From assembly GCA_052034115.1 (NCBI GenBank), contig JBPOIZ010000005.1:12883-76882 (forward strand): a DNA stretch of 64,000 bases, read 5' to 3'. A program made the position numbers and the translations under genes. The stretch's first letter is position 1; each line of letters starts with the position of its first letter. Positions 18,596 to 27,304 of this stretch are shown here, one piece after another. The stretch comes from Actinomycetota bacterium (GTDB lineage Bacteria; Actinomycetota; Actinomycetes; Actinomycetales; Dermatophilaceae). The notes below the pieces were generated by a model. The model was not told the DNA's origin, did no database searches, and was given only the letters and a program-made list of their open reading frames with translations.

Positions 18596-20094
18596 AGCCA
18601 CTCTGGTGGGGGATCGGCCGAGTCGTGGGAGTCGTCGGGCTAGCCGTCGGGGTGCTCGTTGGTGTTGCCTCCGTGCCCCCGTTGCAGTTGTCCAGCCTTC
18701 CGGCGCCGGAACCGTCGCCCAGCGCGGGCCCGTCGCTCGTGCCGGTGACCAGCACCGTGCTGTTGTGCCCCGGACCGCAGACGGAGGGTTTGGCGGGAGT
18801 GCCCGTCACGAGCGGCGTCACGACCGTGTACGCCGCGTCCGTGCCCGACGACCTCCTCCCTGAGGACCTTCGGTCGGCCGCGCTGGCCAGCGGTGGGGTC
18901 ACCACCTTGCCTGGCGGGGCAGTGCTGGCCAAGGTCCCCGCTCCGGGTCGGCGCACCCAAGCGGTGGTCAAGGGCGCAGTCGGCGCGCAGGTCCTCAGCG
19001 AGGGCGGTGCTCCCGGCCTGGTGGCAACTCAGACCTTCGTCGCCGCCCAGGGAGACACCCGCGCCTTGGCGGGCACGGTCTGCCGCCCGCCGGCAGCCGA
19101 GCACTGGCTTATGGCCGGCGGGTCCGACCCCACCCGCCGGGAGCGGCTCGTGCTGGTGAACTCGGGCGCCAACCCGGTCTCGGTTCGCGTCGACGTCCAT
19201 GGCACGGCGGGGTTGCTCCCCACGAGTTCGTCCGACGCCGTCACCGTCCCGGCCGGCGGTCGCAGCTCAGTGCTCCTCGATGCCCTGGTCCCCCAGGAGG
19301 CGTCGCCCGCCGTGCATGTCGTGGCGACCGGGGGAACCGTCGGGGCCGTGCTCGACGATGCCTGGATCGTCAAGGCCACCGGCCGGGGAGCCGACGATTC
19401 GTCGTCGACCGCGCCCCCCTCGACCGACCTCGTCGTCCCGGCAGCCCTCGGCAAGGCGACCACCCTGCGCGTCTCCGTGCCGGGGAACTCACCAGCCGAC
19501 GTCCAGGTCCGGGTCCTGACCCCCGATGGACCTCGGACACTGCCGTCAGGTGGGGTCGTCAAGGTGGCCGGGGGAGCGACGAAGGACATCTCGCTGGCCG
19601 CCGTGACCGATGCGGTCTTCGCCATCCAGGTGCGCAGCAGTGAACCAGTCGTTGCCGCCGCCATGGTGCAGCGGTTTGCGACGGTGGAGCCCGGCACGCC
19701 GGCCGCCGCGACCCCCGCTGATCTGGCCTGGGTGCCCGCCGTGCCGGCGCTGACCGACCTCGGCGGCGTGGCACTCGGCCCGTCCCCGAACCCCGATGGT
19801 GCCGCAGACCTCGTCCTGTCGAGCACCCAAGGGGCCACCACGGTCCGAGTCACCACCGTCGTCAAGGGGGTGGCGACGACGAAGCGGGTCACCGTGCCAG
19901 AGGCCGGCTCGGTGAGGGTGTCTGCGGCTGCGGCGAGCGAGATCTGGGTTCAGCCCCAGGGGGGCCAGGTCTTCGCAGCGGTCATCGCCGGCCGACGTGG
20001 CGTCAGCGACCTGGTGACCGTGCTGCCGGTTGTCGACCTTCAGCTCCGGGCGCCGGAGGTGGTCCTCCGGGCCGACGATCAGAACGTCTCGTAG
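18592..20094 (+). CDS. DUF5719-like secreted/anchored protein, translationally coupled to the GT2 gene
   Basis: ORF 18367..20094, with the start set at ATG 18592, which overlaps the GT2 stop (ATGA 18592-18595). It has an N-terminal TM segment (MKPLWWGIGRVVGVVGLAVGVLVGV) followed by a beta-rich Ala/Val/Thr-rich body. Confidence 0.75.
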   Translation: MKPLWWGIGRVVGVVGLAVGVLVGVASVPPLQLSSLPAPEPSPSAGPSLVPVTSTVLLCPGPQTEGLAGVPVTSGVTTVYAASVPDDLLPEDLRSAALASGGVTTLPGGAVLAKVPAPGRRTQAVVKGAVGAQVLSEGGAPGLVATQTFVAAQGDTRALAGTVCRPPAAEHWLMAGGSDPTRRERLVLVNSGANPVSVRVDVHGTAGLLPTSSSDAVTVPAGGRSSVLLDALVPQEASPAVHVVATGGTVGAVLDDAWIVKATGRGADDSSSTAPPSTDLVVPAALGKATTLRVSVPGNSPADVQVRVLTPDGPRTLPSGGVVKVAGGATKDISLAAVTDAVFAIQVRSSEPVVAAAMVQRFATVEPGTPAAATPADLAWVPAVPALTDLGGVALGPSPNPDGAADLVLSSTQGATTVRVTTVVKGVATTKRVTVPEAGSVRVSAAAASEIWVQPQGGQVFAAVIAGRRGVSDLVTVLPVVDLQLRAPEVVLRADDQNVS

Positions 20095-20534
20095 TCGGGG
20101 TCGAGGTCTTCGGGTCCGATGCCGAGCATGCCGGCGAGTTGCTCGGTGAGCACGTGCAACACCAGGGCCGCCAACTCGGCGTCGCCGTGGACCCGCGTGG
20201 CCACCGGACGCCGGTAGATCACCACCCGGTGCGGAGCCGATGCCGTCGCCGGGAACACCCGGCCCAAAGAGACCTGTCGGTGCTCCCAGGGGGCCGGATC
20301 GCTCGGCGGCACCTCCTCGACCGCGAGCTCCATCGGCGGGAAGGGTCGCCCCCACCGACTTTCCAGCCGTGCCACCGCGTCGAGAACGATCTCGTCGAAC
20401 TCGGCCGCGCGGCTGAGCATCGCTGGAACGGGTGGCCAGGCCAGGGGTCCGCGGATGCCTCGTCCCCGGCGGTCCCGGAGCGGACCGCCCCGCGGGGGCA
20501 CCGACGCGGCTGCGGTCCGGCGCGCTGTGGGCAT
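20079..20534 (-). CDS. Metallopeptidase-family protein (DUF1025-like, Rv3259-like)
   Basis: 151 aa. RDRRGRGIRGPL...SRAAEFDEIVLDAVARLE...LAVEEVPPSD...VVIYRRP...LVLHVLTEQLAGMLG matches the conserved family next to DUF3499/pmmA. The start ATG 20534 is supported by a -10-like TAGAGT 6 nt upstream. Confidence 0.8.
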   Translation of the reverse strand: MPTARRTAAASVPPRGGPLRDRRGRGIRGPLAWPPVPAMLSRAAEFDEIVLDAVARLESRWGRPFPPMELAVEEVPPSDPAPWEHRQVSLGRVFPATASAPHRVVIYRRPVATRVHGDAELAALVLHVLTEQLAGMLGIGPEDLDPDYETF

Positions 20535-20540
20535 GGTGGA

Positions 20541-20597
20541 ACTCTAGGCGCTCGTCCGGCGCGCCGCGGGAAGGGGCCCGGCGCCCCCGGCTAGAGT
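20541..20597. promoter_or_regulatory. Pair of mirror-image -10 elements (TAGAGT) placed for leaderless transcription of both divergent genes
   Basis: Plus strand: cTAGAGTccacccGTG, with the -10 at 20592-20597 and the start at 20604. Minus strand: cTAGAGTtccaccATG, with the -10 at 20546-20541 and the start at 20534. Each has a 6-nt gap between the -10 and the start codon. Confidence 0.4.
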
Positions 20598-20603
20598 CCA
20601 CCC

Positions 20604-20939
20604 GTGGGACTGAAACGGCGGTGCTCGAAGGCCGGTTGTGCGGGGCCTGCCGTTGCCACGCTCACCTACGTCTATGCCGACTCCACCGTGGTCCTCGGGC
20701 CCTTGGCCACCTACGCCGAACCGCACACCTACGATCTGTGCGCGGTCCACGCCGAGCGGCTGACGGCACCTCGCGGGTGGGACATCGTGCGACTGCCTGG
20801 CGAGTTCGTCGCACCACCGCCGAGCAGCGACGATTTGCTCGCCTTGGCCGATGCGGTCCGCGACGTCGGGCGGTCCACGGCGCCGGACCAGGCGCCGGTG
20901 GCGGGACGACCCCATCTGCGCGTCGTGCGGGACGCCTGA
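20604..20939 (+). CDS. DUF3499 domain protein (Rv3258c-like)
   Basis: 111 aa. RRCSKAGCAGPAVATLTYVYADSTVVLGPLATYAEPHTYDLCAVHAERLTAPRGWDIVRL is the typical DUF3499 pattern, in the conserved position upstream of phosphomannomutase. Confidence 0.85.
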   Translation: MGLKRRCSKAGCAGPAVATLTYVYADSTVVLGPLATYAEPHTYDLCAVHAERLTAPRGWDIVRLPGEFVAPPPSSDDLLALADAVRDVGRSTAPDQAPVAGRPHLRVVRDA

Positions 20940-20970
20940 GCGGCTCGGCCGCTCGGGTAGGGTCCTTCTC

Positions 20971-22410
20971 ATGCCTGGCCACCCGCTCGCCGAGATCGTC
21001 AAGGCGTATGACGTCCGCGGCGTCGTGCCCGACCAGCTCGACGGACCGACCGTCGCAGCGCTCGGCGCAGCCTTCGCCGACGTCATCGCGCGTCCAGATG
21101 GTGCGTCAGCCATCGTTATCGGCCATGACATGCGTCCGTCCTCGCCACAGTTGGCCGCCGCCTTTGCCGAGGGGGCTGCCGGGCGCGGCCTGGACGTCCT
21201 GCTCCTGGGGCTGACCTCGACCGACGGGTTGTACTACGCCAGCGGCGCGCTCGACCTGCCGGGGGTCATGCTCACCGCCAGCCACAACCCGGCGCAGTAC
21301 AACGGCCTGAAGATGTGCCGATCCCAGGCCCGCCCGATCAGCCTTGACACCGGCTTGGCGCAGGTCCGGGACATGGCCCTGCGCCTCCTCGACGGAGAAC
21401 AGGTGCCGGCTCGGACCGCGGGGGTCATCCGGCAGCGCGACATCACCGCCGAGTACGCGACCTACCTGCGGGGGTTGGTCGACCTGCGTGGGATCCGGCC
21501 GCTGCGCGTCGTCGTCGACGCGGGCAACGGGATGGCCGGGCTGACCGTCCCGACGGTTCTGACCGACGCGGGCGGGCTGGATGCGCTGCCCGTGATCGTC
21601 GAGCCGATGTACTTCGAACTGGACGGGACGTTCCCCAACCACGAGGCGAATCCGCTCGAGCCGGAGAACCTGCGTGACCTACAACGTGAAGTCCTTGCCC
21701 GGGGAGCCGACCTGGGCCTGGCCTTCGACGGTGACGCGGATCGCTGCTTCGTGGTGGACGAACGCGGCGCCCCGGTGAACCCGTCCGCGATCACCGCCAT
21801 GGTGGCGCGACGTGAGATCGCCCGGGAGGCTGCCGCGGGCGTCGACCCGGCGTCGGTGCGCATCGTCTACAACGTCATCTCCTCCGCTGCCGTGCCCGAG
21901 GTCGTCGCCGAATCGGGCGGCGTCGGGGTCCGCACCCGCGTCGGTCACTCGTTCATCAAGGCGGTGATGGCGCAGGAGGGCGCCGTCTTCGGCGGTGAGC
22001 ACTCCGCCCACTACTACTTCCGGGACTTCTGGTTCGCAGATACCGGAATGCTCGCGGCGATGCACGTGATGGCGGCGCTGGGCTCACAGCCGTTGCCGCT
22101 GTCGCAGCTGGTCGCCGAATACGACCGGTATGTCGCGTCGGGGGAGATCAACAGCCGGGTCGATGACGTCCCGGCCGCTGCAGGACGGATCCGCGCCTGG
22201 GCGCAGGATCGGGGTCTGGCGATCGACGAGCTCGACGGGCTGACCTGCACGGCAGGCGACCCCTCGGGTGACCAGCGGGCCCTGTGGTGGGTCAACGTGC
22301 GGGCAAGCAACACCGAGCCGCTGCTGCGGCTCAATGTCGAGGCGCGCGATCGCGCCACCATGGAGGGAGTGCGGGACGAGGCGCTCGCGCTCATCCGGGA
22401 AGGTTCATGA
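20971..22410 (+). CDS. manB: Phosphomannomutase/phosphoglucomutase
   Basis: ORF 20851..22410, with the start at ATG 20971 (MPGHPLAEIVKAYDVRGVVPDQL). It has the phosphoserine loop LTASHNPAQYNGLK and the metal loop FDGDADR. Confidence 0.92.
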   Translation: MPGHPLAEIVKAYDVRGVVPDQLDGPTVAALGAAFADVIARPDGASAIVIGHDMRPSSPQLAAAFAEGAAGRGLDVLLLGLTSTDGLYYASGALDLPGVMLTASHNPAQYNGLKMCRSQARPISLDTGLAQVRDMALRLLDGEQVPARTAGVIRQRDITAEYATYLRGLVDLRGIRPLRVVVDAGNGMAGLTVPTVLTDAGGLDALPVIVEPMYFELDGTFPNHEANPLEPENLRDLQREVLARGADLGLAFDGDADRCFVVDERGAPVNPSAITAMVARREIAREAAAGVDPASVRIVYNVISSAAVPEVVAESGGVGVRTRVGHSFIKAVMAQEGAVFGGEHSAHYYFRDFWFADTGMLAAMHVMAALGSQPLPLSQLVAEYDRYVASGEINSRVDDVPAAAGRIRAWAQDRGLAIDELDGLTCTAGDPSGDQRALWWVNVRASNTEPLLRLNVEARDRATMEGVRDEALALIREGS

Positions 22411-22616
22411 TCATGGCGATTCCGGGCATCGAGCCGTGGCTGCGGGAGATCCTGCGGTGCCCACGGTGTCACGCCGAGTTGCTCGATGGAGTGGGGCCTG
22501 ACGGTGCGGCCGAACTGGTCTGCGGCGGTGTCTCGTGCGGTCTGGCCTACCGGGTCGACGACGGCATACCGGTGTTGCTCGTCGAGGAGGGCCGGCCACC
22601 GCGCAAGGCCGACTGA
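22407..22616 (+). CDS. Trm112-family small zinc-ribbon protein
   Basis: Start ATG 22407 overlaps the manB stop (ATGA). LREILRCPRCHAELL...LVCGGVSCGLAYRVDDGIPVLLVEE is typical of Trm112/YbaR. Confidence 0.8.
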   Translation: MIMAIPGIEPWLREILRCPRCHAELLDGVGPDGAAELVCGGVSCGLAYRVDDGIPVLLVEEGRPPRKAD

Positions 22617-22630
22617 CCCTCGAGCGCCGC

Positions 22631-23170
22631 TCAGCCCACGGGCGCGGCCAGGGGCAGCACGGTGGCGAGCTCGGCGAGCTCGGCGGCCTCGACGAGCAGC
22701 TTGCTGTCACGACGTCCGCTGCCGATCACGACGGGCCCGGCCTGAGCCACCGCGCTGTCGCACAGGATGGGCCATCCGGAGGGCAGACCCACGGGGGTGA
22801 TCCCGCCGTACGCCATGTCGGTCAGCCGAACCGCCTCGGCCATGGGCGCAAAGGAGATCTTGCGGACGTCGAGGTGTCGGCGGACGATCCCGTTGATGTC
22901 GGCCCGGTGCGTGGCCAGAACGAGGATCGCCGCGTAGGTCGTCACTCCACCGCGACGCCCGGCGACGACCACGCAGTTCGCCGAGGCGTCGAGCGCCACG
23001 TCATACGCGGCACAGAACGCCGCGGTGTCGGCCAGTTCGGGGTCGATGGCCGCGACCTTGGCGCTGGGCACGACGGGGAGGGCTGCGGCCACCGGACCGG
23101 CGAGCAACTCGCGTCGCTGCGTGGCCGCAGACCAGGTGAGGGTGCCGGTCGGCGTGGGCATGCGCACCAC
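22631..23170 (-). CDS. YbaK/EbsC-family aminoacyl-tRNA deacylase
   Basis: 179 aa, with YbaK-like sequence (AAFCAAYDV...ANCVVVAGRRGG...DVRKISFAPMAEAVRLTDMAYGGITPVGLP). The start is GTG 23170 or ATG 23161. Confidence 0.8.
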   Translation of the reverse strand: MVRMPTPTGTLTWSAATQRRELLAGPVAAALPVVPSAKVAAIDPELADTAAFCAAYDVALDASANCVVVAGRRGGVTTYAAILVLATHRADINGIVRRHLDVRKISFAPMAEAVRLTDMAYGGITPVGLPSGWPILCDSAVAQAGPVVIGSGRRDSKLLVEAAELAELATVLPLAAPVG

Positions 23171-23277
23171 CCTAGGCGACTACACTGATCACCTGCCGGC
23201 GTGGGTGATGACCCGCGTGCTCGCGCCCAGATGGGCTACGCCGGGGTCCTCCATCACCCCACCCCAGGAGTCTTCGC

Positions 23278-24741
23278 ATGTCCTTCGACTTCAAGGTCGC
23301 CGACCTCGGTCTGGCCGAGGCCGGTCGCCACCAGTTGCGCCTCGCCGAGCACGAGATGCCCGGCCTCATGGCCCTGCGGGAGCAGTACGGCGCCAGCAAA
23401 CCGCTGGCCGGCGCGCGGATCGCCGGGTCGCTCCATATGACGGTCCAGACCGCCGTCCTCATCGAGACGCTGGTTGCACTCGGTGCGCAGGTCCGTTGGG
23501 CCTCCTGCAACATCTTCTCCACGCAGGACGAAGCCGCCGCCGCCGCCGTCGTCGGCCCGAACGGCACGGTGGAGCACCCGCGGGGGGTCCCGGTGTTCGC
23601 CTGGAAGGGCGAGAGTCTGCCCGAATACTGGTGGTGCACCGAGCAGATCCTCACCTGGCCGGCTGACGAGGTCGGTTCCACGGTGCCGAACATGATTCTC
23701 GACGACGGTGGTGACGCCACCTTGCTGGTGCACAAGGGCCGCGAATGGGAGCAGGCCGGCCTCGTCCCGCCGGTGACCGAGGACGACTCCGAGGAGTTCG
23801 CGGTCGTCAAGGAACTCGTCCGCGCCTCGATGGCGCTCGACGCGCAGAAGTGGACGCGCACGGCGGCCGGGATCAAGGGCGTCACCGAGGAGACCACGAC
23901 CGGGGTGCACCGGCTCTATCAGCTGGCCGAGGCCGGCGAGTTGCTGTTCCCTGCCATCAACGTCAACGACTCGGTGACCAAGAGCAAGTTCGACAACAAG
24001 TACGGCTGCCGGCACTCGCTCATCGACGGGCTCAACCGGGCGACCGACCTGCTCATCGGTGGGAAGGTGGCGGTGGTCTGTGGGTCTGGCGATGTCGGCA
24101 AGGGATGCGCCCAGTCCCTCGCCGGTCAGGGGGCCCGGGTCGTGGTCACCGAGGTCGACCCGATCTGTGCGCTCCAGGCCGCCATGGAGGGCTACCAGGT
24201 GGCCCGCCTCGAGGACGTCGTCGGTATGGCGGACATCGTCATCACGGCGACCGGGTGCTTCGACGTCGTCACGGCCGAGCACATGGCCGCGATGAAGGAC
24301 AAGGCGGTGGTGGCCAACATCGGCCACTTCGACAACGAGATCGACATGGCGGGCCTGGCCCGCGTGCCAGGCATCGCCAAGACCCAGATCAAACCCCAGG
24401 TCCACGAATGGACGTTCCCGGCGGCCGGCAATCGCGGCGAGCACTCGGTGATCGTGCTGTCCGAAGGGCGCCTCATGAACCTGGGCAACGCCACGGGACA
24501 TCCGAGTTTCGTCATGAGCAACTCGTTCTCGAACCAGACGATCGCCCAGATCGAGCTGTTCACCAAGACGGACTCCTACCCCGTCGGCGTGCACGTCCTG
24601 CCCAAGCACCTCGACGAGCTGGTGGCCCGACTCCACCTCGAGGCCCTCGGGGTGGAGTTGACCGAGTTGTCCAAGGAGCAGGCCGAGTATCTCGGCGTCG
24701 ATGTCTCAGGGCCGTACAAGCCGGATCACTACCGATACTGA
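23278..24741 (+). CDS. ahcY: Adenosylhomocysteinase
   Basis: 487 aa. [38 protein letters not shown], the NAD-binding [16 protein letters not shown], and GHFDNEID are all highly conserved AhcY/SahH sequence. Confidence 0.97.
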   Translation: MSFDFKVADLGLAEAGRHQLRLAEHEMPGLMALREQYGASKPLAGARIAGSLHMTVQTAVLIETLVALGAQVRWASCNIFSTQDEAAAAAVVGPNGTVEHPRGVPVFAWKGESLPEYWWCTEQILTWPADEVGSTVPNMILDDGGDATLLVHKGREWEQAGLVPPVTEDDSEEFAVVKELVRASMALDAQKWTRTAAGIKGVTEETTTGVHRLYQLAEAGELLFPAINVNDSVTKSKFDNKYGCRHSLIDGLNRATDLLIGGKVAVVCGSGDVGKGCAQSLAGQGARVVVTEVDPICALQAAMEGYQVARLEDVVGMADIVITATGCFDVVTAEHMAAMKDKAVVANIGHFDNEIDMAGLARVPGIAKTQIKPQVHEWTFPAAGNRGEHSVIVLSEGRLMNLGNATGHPSFVMSNSFSNQTIAQIELFTKTDSYPVGVHVLPKHLDELVARLHLEALGVELTELSKEQAEYLGVDVSGPYKPDHYRY

Positions 24742-24745
24742 CTCG

Positions 24746-24793
24746 CCGACGACCCTCCCTTGTGACCTGCATCACAGATGCGGGGGTCGTCGG
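24746..24793 (+). terminator. Compound hairpin just after the ahcY stop, with a perfect TGTGA-N6-TCACA palindrome at its tip
   Basis: The outer stem pairs CCGACGACCC (24746-24755) with GGGTCGTCGG (24784-24793). The inner stem pairs TGTGA (24761-24765) with TCACA (24772-24776). There is no U-tract. Confidence 0.35.
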
Positions 24794-24906
24794 TCGTCTG
24801 ACAACGCAAATGACCCCAAATCGGCCCAAGTGTGCGCCGACACGGCGCAACTGATGGCCGTGTCCACTTGCACACCCGGGGTGGGGAGGGGCCATACTTG
24901 AGAACG

Positions 24907-24940
24907 GAAGGCGCCCTTCACCCCCTGGGAGGGCGCCTTC
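24907..24940 (+). terminator. Strong GC hairpin with a C-rich loop, followed by TTCTTCAT (intrinsic-terminator-like)
   Basis: GAAGGCGCCC (24907-24916) pairs with GGGCGCCTTC (24931-24940). The loop is ttCACCCCCtggga, and ttcatgctct follows. Confidence 0.45.
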
Positions 24941-25034
24941 TTCATGCTCTGGCGATCCTGCGGCTCCACGCCTGAGCCGTGTGTGAAGATAGGCCCGTCT
25001 GCGTACCCGCCGACGCATGAAGGAGGGATCCCGG

Positions 25035-25712
25035 GTGAGGGGACGTGTCCTCGTCGTCGATGACGACCTCGCCCTGGCCGAGATGCTCGGCATCGTCTTG
25101 CAGTCCGAGGGTTTCGAGGTCGATCACGTCGCCGACGGCAATGCCGCGCTGGGCGTGTTCCGCGAGGCGCGACCCGACCTCGTGCTTCTCGACGTCATGC
25201 TCCCGGGGATGGACGGCATCGAGATCTGCCGGCGCATCCGCGCCGAATCGGGTGTCCCCATTGTCATGCTCACCGCCCGGACGGACACCGTCGACATCGT
25301 CGTGGGCCTGGAGTCGGGCGCCGACGACTATGTCCTCAAGCCGTTCAAGCACCAAGAGCTCATCGCGCGGATCCGCGCCCGGCTCCGGCGTGGGGACGAG
25401 CCTGAGCAGGAGCGGTTGGCCATCGGCGACCTCGACATAGACGTCGCCGGTCATTCGGTGCGTCGCGCCGGTGTGCCGCTGTCCCTGACCCCGCTGGAGT
25501 TCGACCTGCTCGTCGCCTTGGCCCGCAAGCCCTGGCAGGTCTTCACCCGTGAGGTGCTCCTCGAACAGGTCTGGGGCTACCGGCACGCCGGGGACACTCG
25601 ACTGGTCAACGTCCACGTCCAGCGCCTGCGCAGCAAGATCGAGCACGACCCCGAGCATCCGGAGATCGTCGTCACCGTGCGCGGGGTCGGGTACAAGGCC
25701 GGCCCGGCCTAG
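25035..25712 (+). CDS. mtrA: OmpR-family response regulator MtrA
   Basis: ORF 25017..25712, with the preferred start at GTG 25035 (AGGAGG at 25021-25026). It has the receiver (VLVVDDD...DLVLLDVMLPGMDG) and a winged-helix output (LTPLEFDLL...VRGVGYK). It is followed by mtrB-lpqB. Confidence 0.93.
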   Translation: MRGRVLVVDDDLALAEMLGIVLQSEGFEVDHVADGNAALGVFREARPDLVLLDVMLPGMDGIEICRRIRAESGVPIVMLTARTDTVDIVVGLESGADDYVLKPFKHQELIARIRARLRRGDEPEQERLAIGDLDIDVAGHSVRRAGVPLSLTPLEFDLLVALARKPWQVFTREVLLEQVWGYRHAGDTRLVNVHVQRLRSKIEHDPEHPEIVVTVRGVGYKAGPA

Positions 25713-25714
25713 CG

Positions 25715-27304
25715 ATGTCGACCCCGGCACGCCACGAGCCCCGGCGGCTGCTCCACCAGGCGCTCGGGGGGTGGCGTCGCTCACTGGCCGTGCGTGTCGT
25801 CGCCACGACGATGGCCCTAGGCCTTGTCGTGCTCATGGGGGTGGGGACCTATCTCTATCGGCAGATCGCTGACGGGCTGGTCGGCAATGCCGAGCGGGTG
25901 GCCACCGCCGAGGCGCTGCGGCTTCACGGCGAAACCGTCCAGCGATTCGGGAACACCGACCAGCGGGACAACGTCGGCGAACTGCAGCAGTTCGCCCAGC
26001 AGATCGTCGGAACGCTCACCGGCGGGGAGGGGTCGCGCTACGCGGCGCTGATCCGATCCGTCGGGAACCGTTCGGATCAGCAACTGTCGGCCGTGCTGAC
26101 CAGCGGTATCGAACTGGCCGACATACCCATGGACCTGCGTGAAGCCGTTGCCGCCGACCCGCAACGGCAACAGACCAAGGTCATCGCCCTGCTCGACCCG
26201 ACAACCGAACGCCGGGTGTCGGCCATCGTGGTCGGCCAAGAGCTCACCATCGACCTGGTCGGCGAATACTCGCTGTTCCTCATCTACCCGCTGACCCGGG
26301 AACGCGACACCCTCGACCTGGTCACTGGCGCGTTCGTGCTGGGTGCGCTCCTGCTCGTCACCCTGCTCGGGGCCATCGCCTCTGCCGTCACCCGTATGGT
26401 GGTCGTGCCGGTGCGACAGGCGGCCGGGGTCGCCGAGCAACTCTCGACCGGGCATCTCGATGAACGGATGTCGGCCAAGGGCGAAGACGACCTGGCCCGA
26501 CTGGCCAAGTCCTTCAACACGATGGCGGCGAGTCTGCAGGCCCAGATCGCCCGGCTCGAGGAACTCTCCACCGTGCAGCAGCAGTTCGTCTCCGACGTCT
26601 CTCACGAGCTACGCACCCCCTTGACGACGATCCGGATGGCAGCCGACCTGATCCACGACGGGCGGGCGCAGTTCGAGCCCGCCGTGAGCCGTTCCGCCGA
26701 ACTGCTCCATAACGAGCTGGACCGGTTCGAGGCGCTGTTGTCGGATCTCCTCGAAATCTCGCGCTACGACGCGGGCGCGGCGGTCATCGATGTGGAGACC
26801 ACCGACGTCCGGGTGCTCGTGCGCCGGGTGGTCGAGGCGGCCCGGCCGCTCGCCGCTCGGCGTGGTTCGTCCCTCGAGGTGGTCGTCCCGGAGGAGCCGT
26901 GCGTGGCCGATGTCGAGCCACGGCGGGTCGAGCGCATCCTGCGCAACCTCGTGGTGAACGCGGTCGAGCACGGCGAGAGCAAACCGGTCGTGGTGACGGT
27001 CGGGATGAATGACGGGGCCGTCGCGGTGACCGTGCGCGACCACGGTGTCGGACTGCGCCCCGGCGACGCGGCCAAGGTGTTCAACCGGTTCTGGCGAGCG
27101 GATCCCGCGCGCGCGCGGACCACCGGTGGCACCGGGTTGGGGTTGGCCATCTCGCTGCAGGACGCGCGTCTGCATCGCGGGTGGCTCCAGGCGTGGGGAC
27201 AGCCCGGGGAGGGGTCGTGTTTCCGGCTGACCCTGCCGCGCTCGGCATACGCAGCCATCGAGGCATCCCCGTTGCCCCTCAACCCGACTCGGGTGCCGAC
27301 GTGA
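25715..27304 (+). CDS. mtrB: Sensor histidine kinase MtrB
   Basis: 529 aa. It has two TM segments, a HAMP domain, the H-box FVSDVSHELRTPLTTI, and the ATPase motifs NLVVNAVEHG and GGTGLGLAI. Confidence 0.92.
   Translation: MSTPARHEPRRLLHQALGGWRRSLAVRVVATTMALGLVVLMGVGTYLYRQIADGLVGNAERVATAEALRLHGETVQRFGNTDQRDNVGELQQFAQQIVGTLTGGEGSRYAALIRSVGNRSDQQLSAVLTSGIELADIPMDLREAVAADPQRQQTKVIALLDPTTERRVSAIVVGQELTIDLVGEYSLFLIYPLTRERDTLDLVTGAFVLGALLLVTLLGAIASAVTRMVVVPVRQAAGVAEQLSTGHLDERMSAKGEDDLARLAKSFNTMAASLQAQIARLEELSTVQQQFVSDVSHELRTPLTTIRMAADLIHDGRAQFEPAVSRSAELLHNELDRFEALLSDLLEISRYDAGAAVIDVETTDVRVLVRRVVEAARPLAARRGSSLEVVVPEEPCVADVEPRRVERILRNLVVNAVEHGESKPVVVTVGMNDGAVAVTVRDHGVGLRPGDAAKVFNRFWRADPARARTTGGTGLGLAISLQDARLHRGWLQAWGQPGEGSCFRLTLPRSAYAAIEASPLPLNPTRVPT

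Noticed and set aside
15128-18601. Very long alternative ORFs opposite or overlapping real genes. Examples are 15128..18601 minus (1157 aa), 585..3167 plus, 10680..12590 minus, 34158..36731 minus, 50615..52531 minus, 58816..60822 minus and 37625..38759 plus.
   Set aside because: They are typical high-GC shadow ORFs. Their translations are Arg/Gly/Pro-rich low-complexity strings with no recognisable motifs. The overlapping frame on the other strand encodes well-conserved proteins (GT2, SecA, GDH, Kgd, LysM) with strong third-position GC.
23171-23277. SAH riboswitch upstream of ahcY.
   Set aside because: The 107-nt spacer is short and shared with a divergent promoter. I could not find the conserved SAH-element core strings as I recall them. 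Only a 6-bp inverted repeat is present (ATCACC-N10-GGTGAT, 23188-23209).
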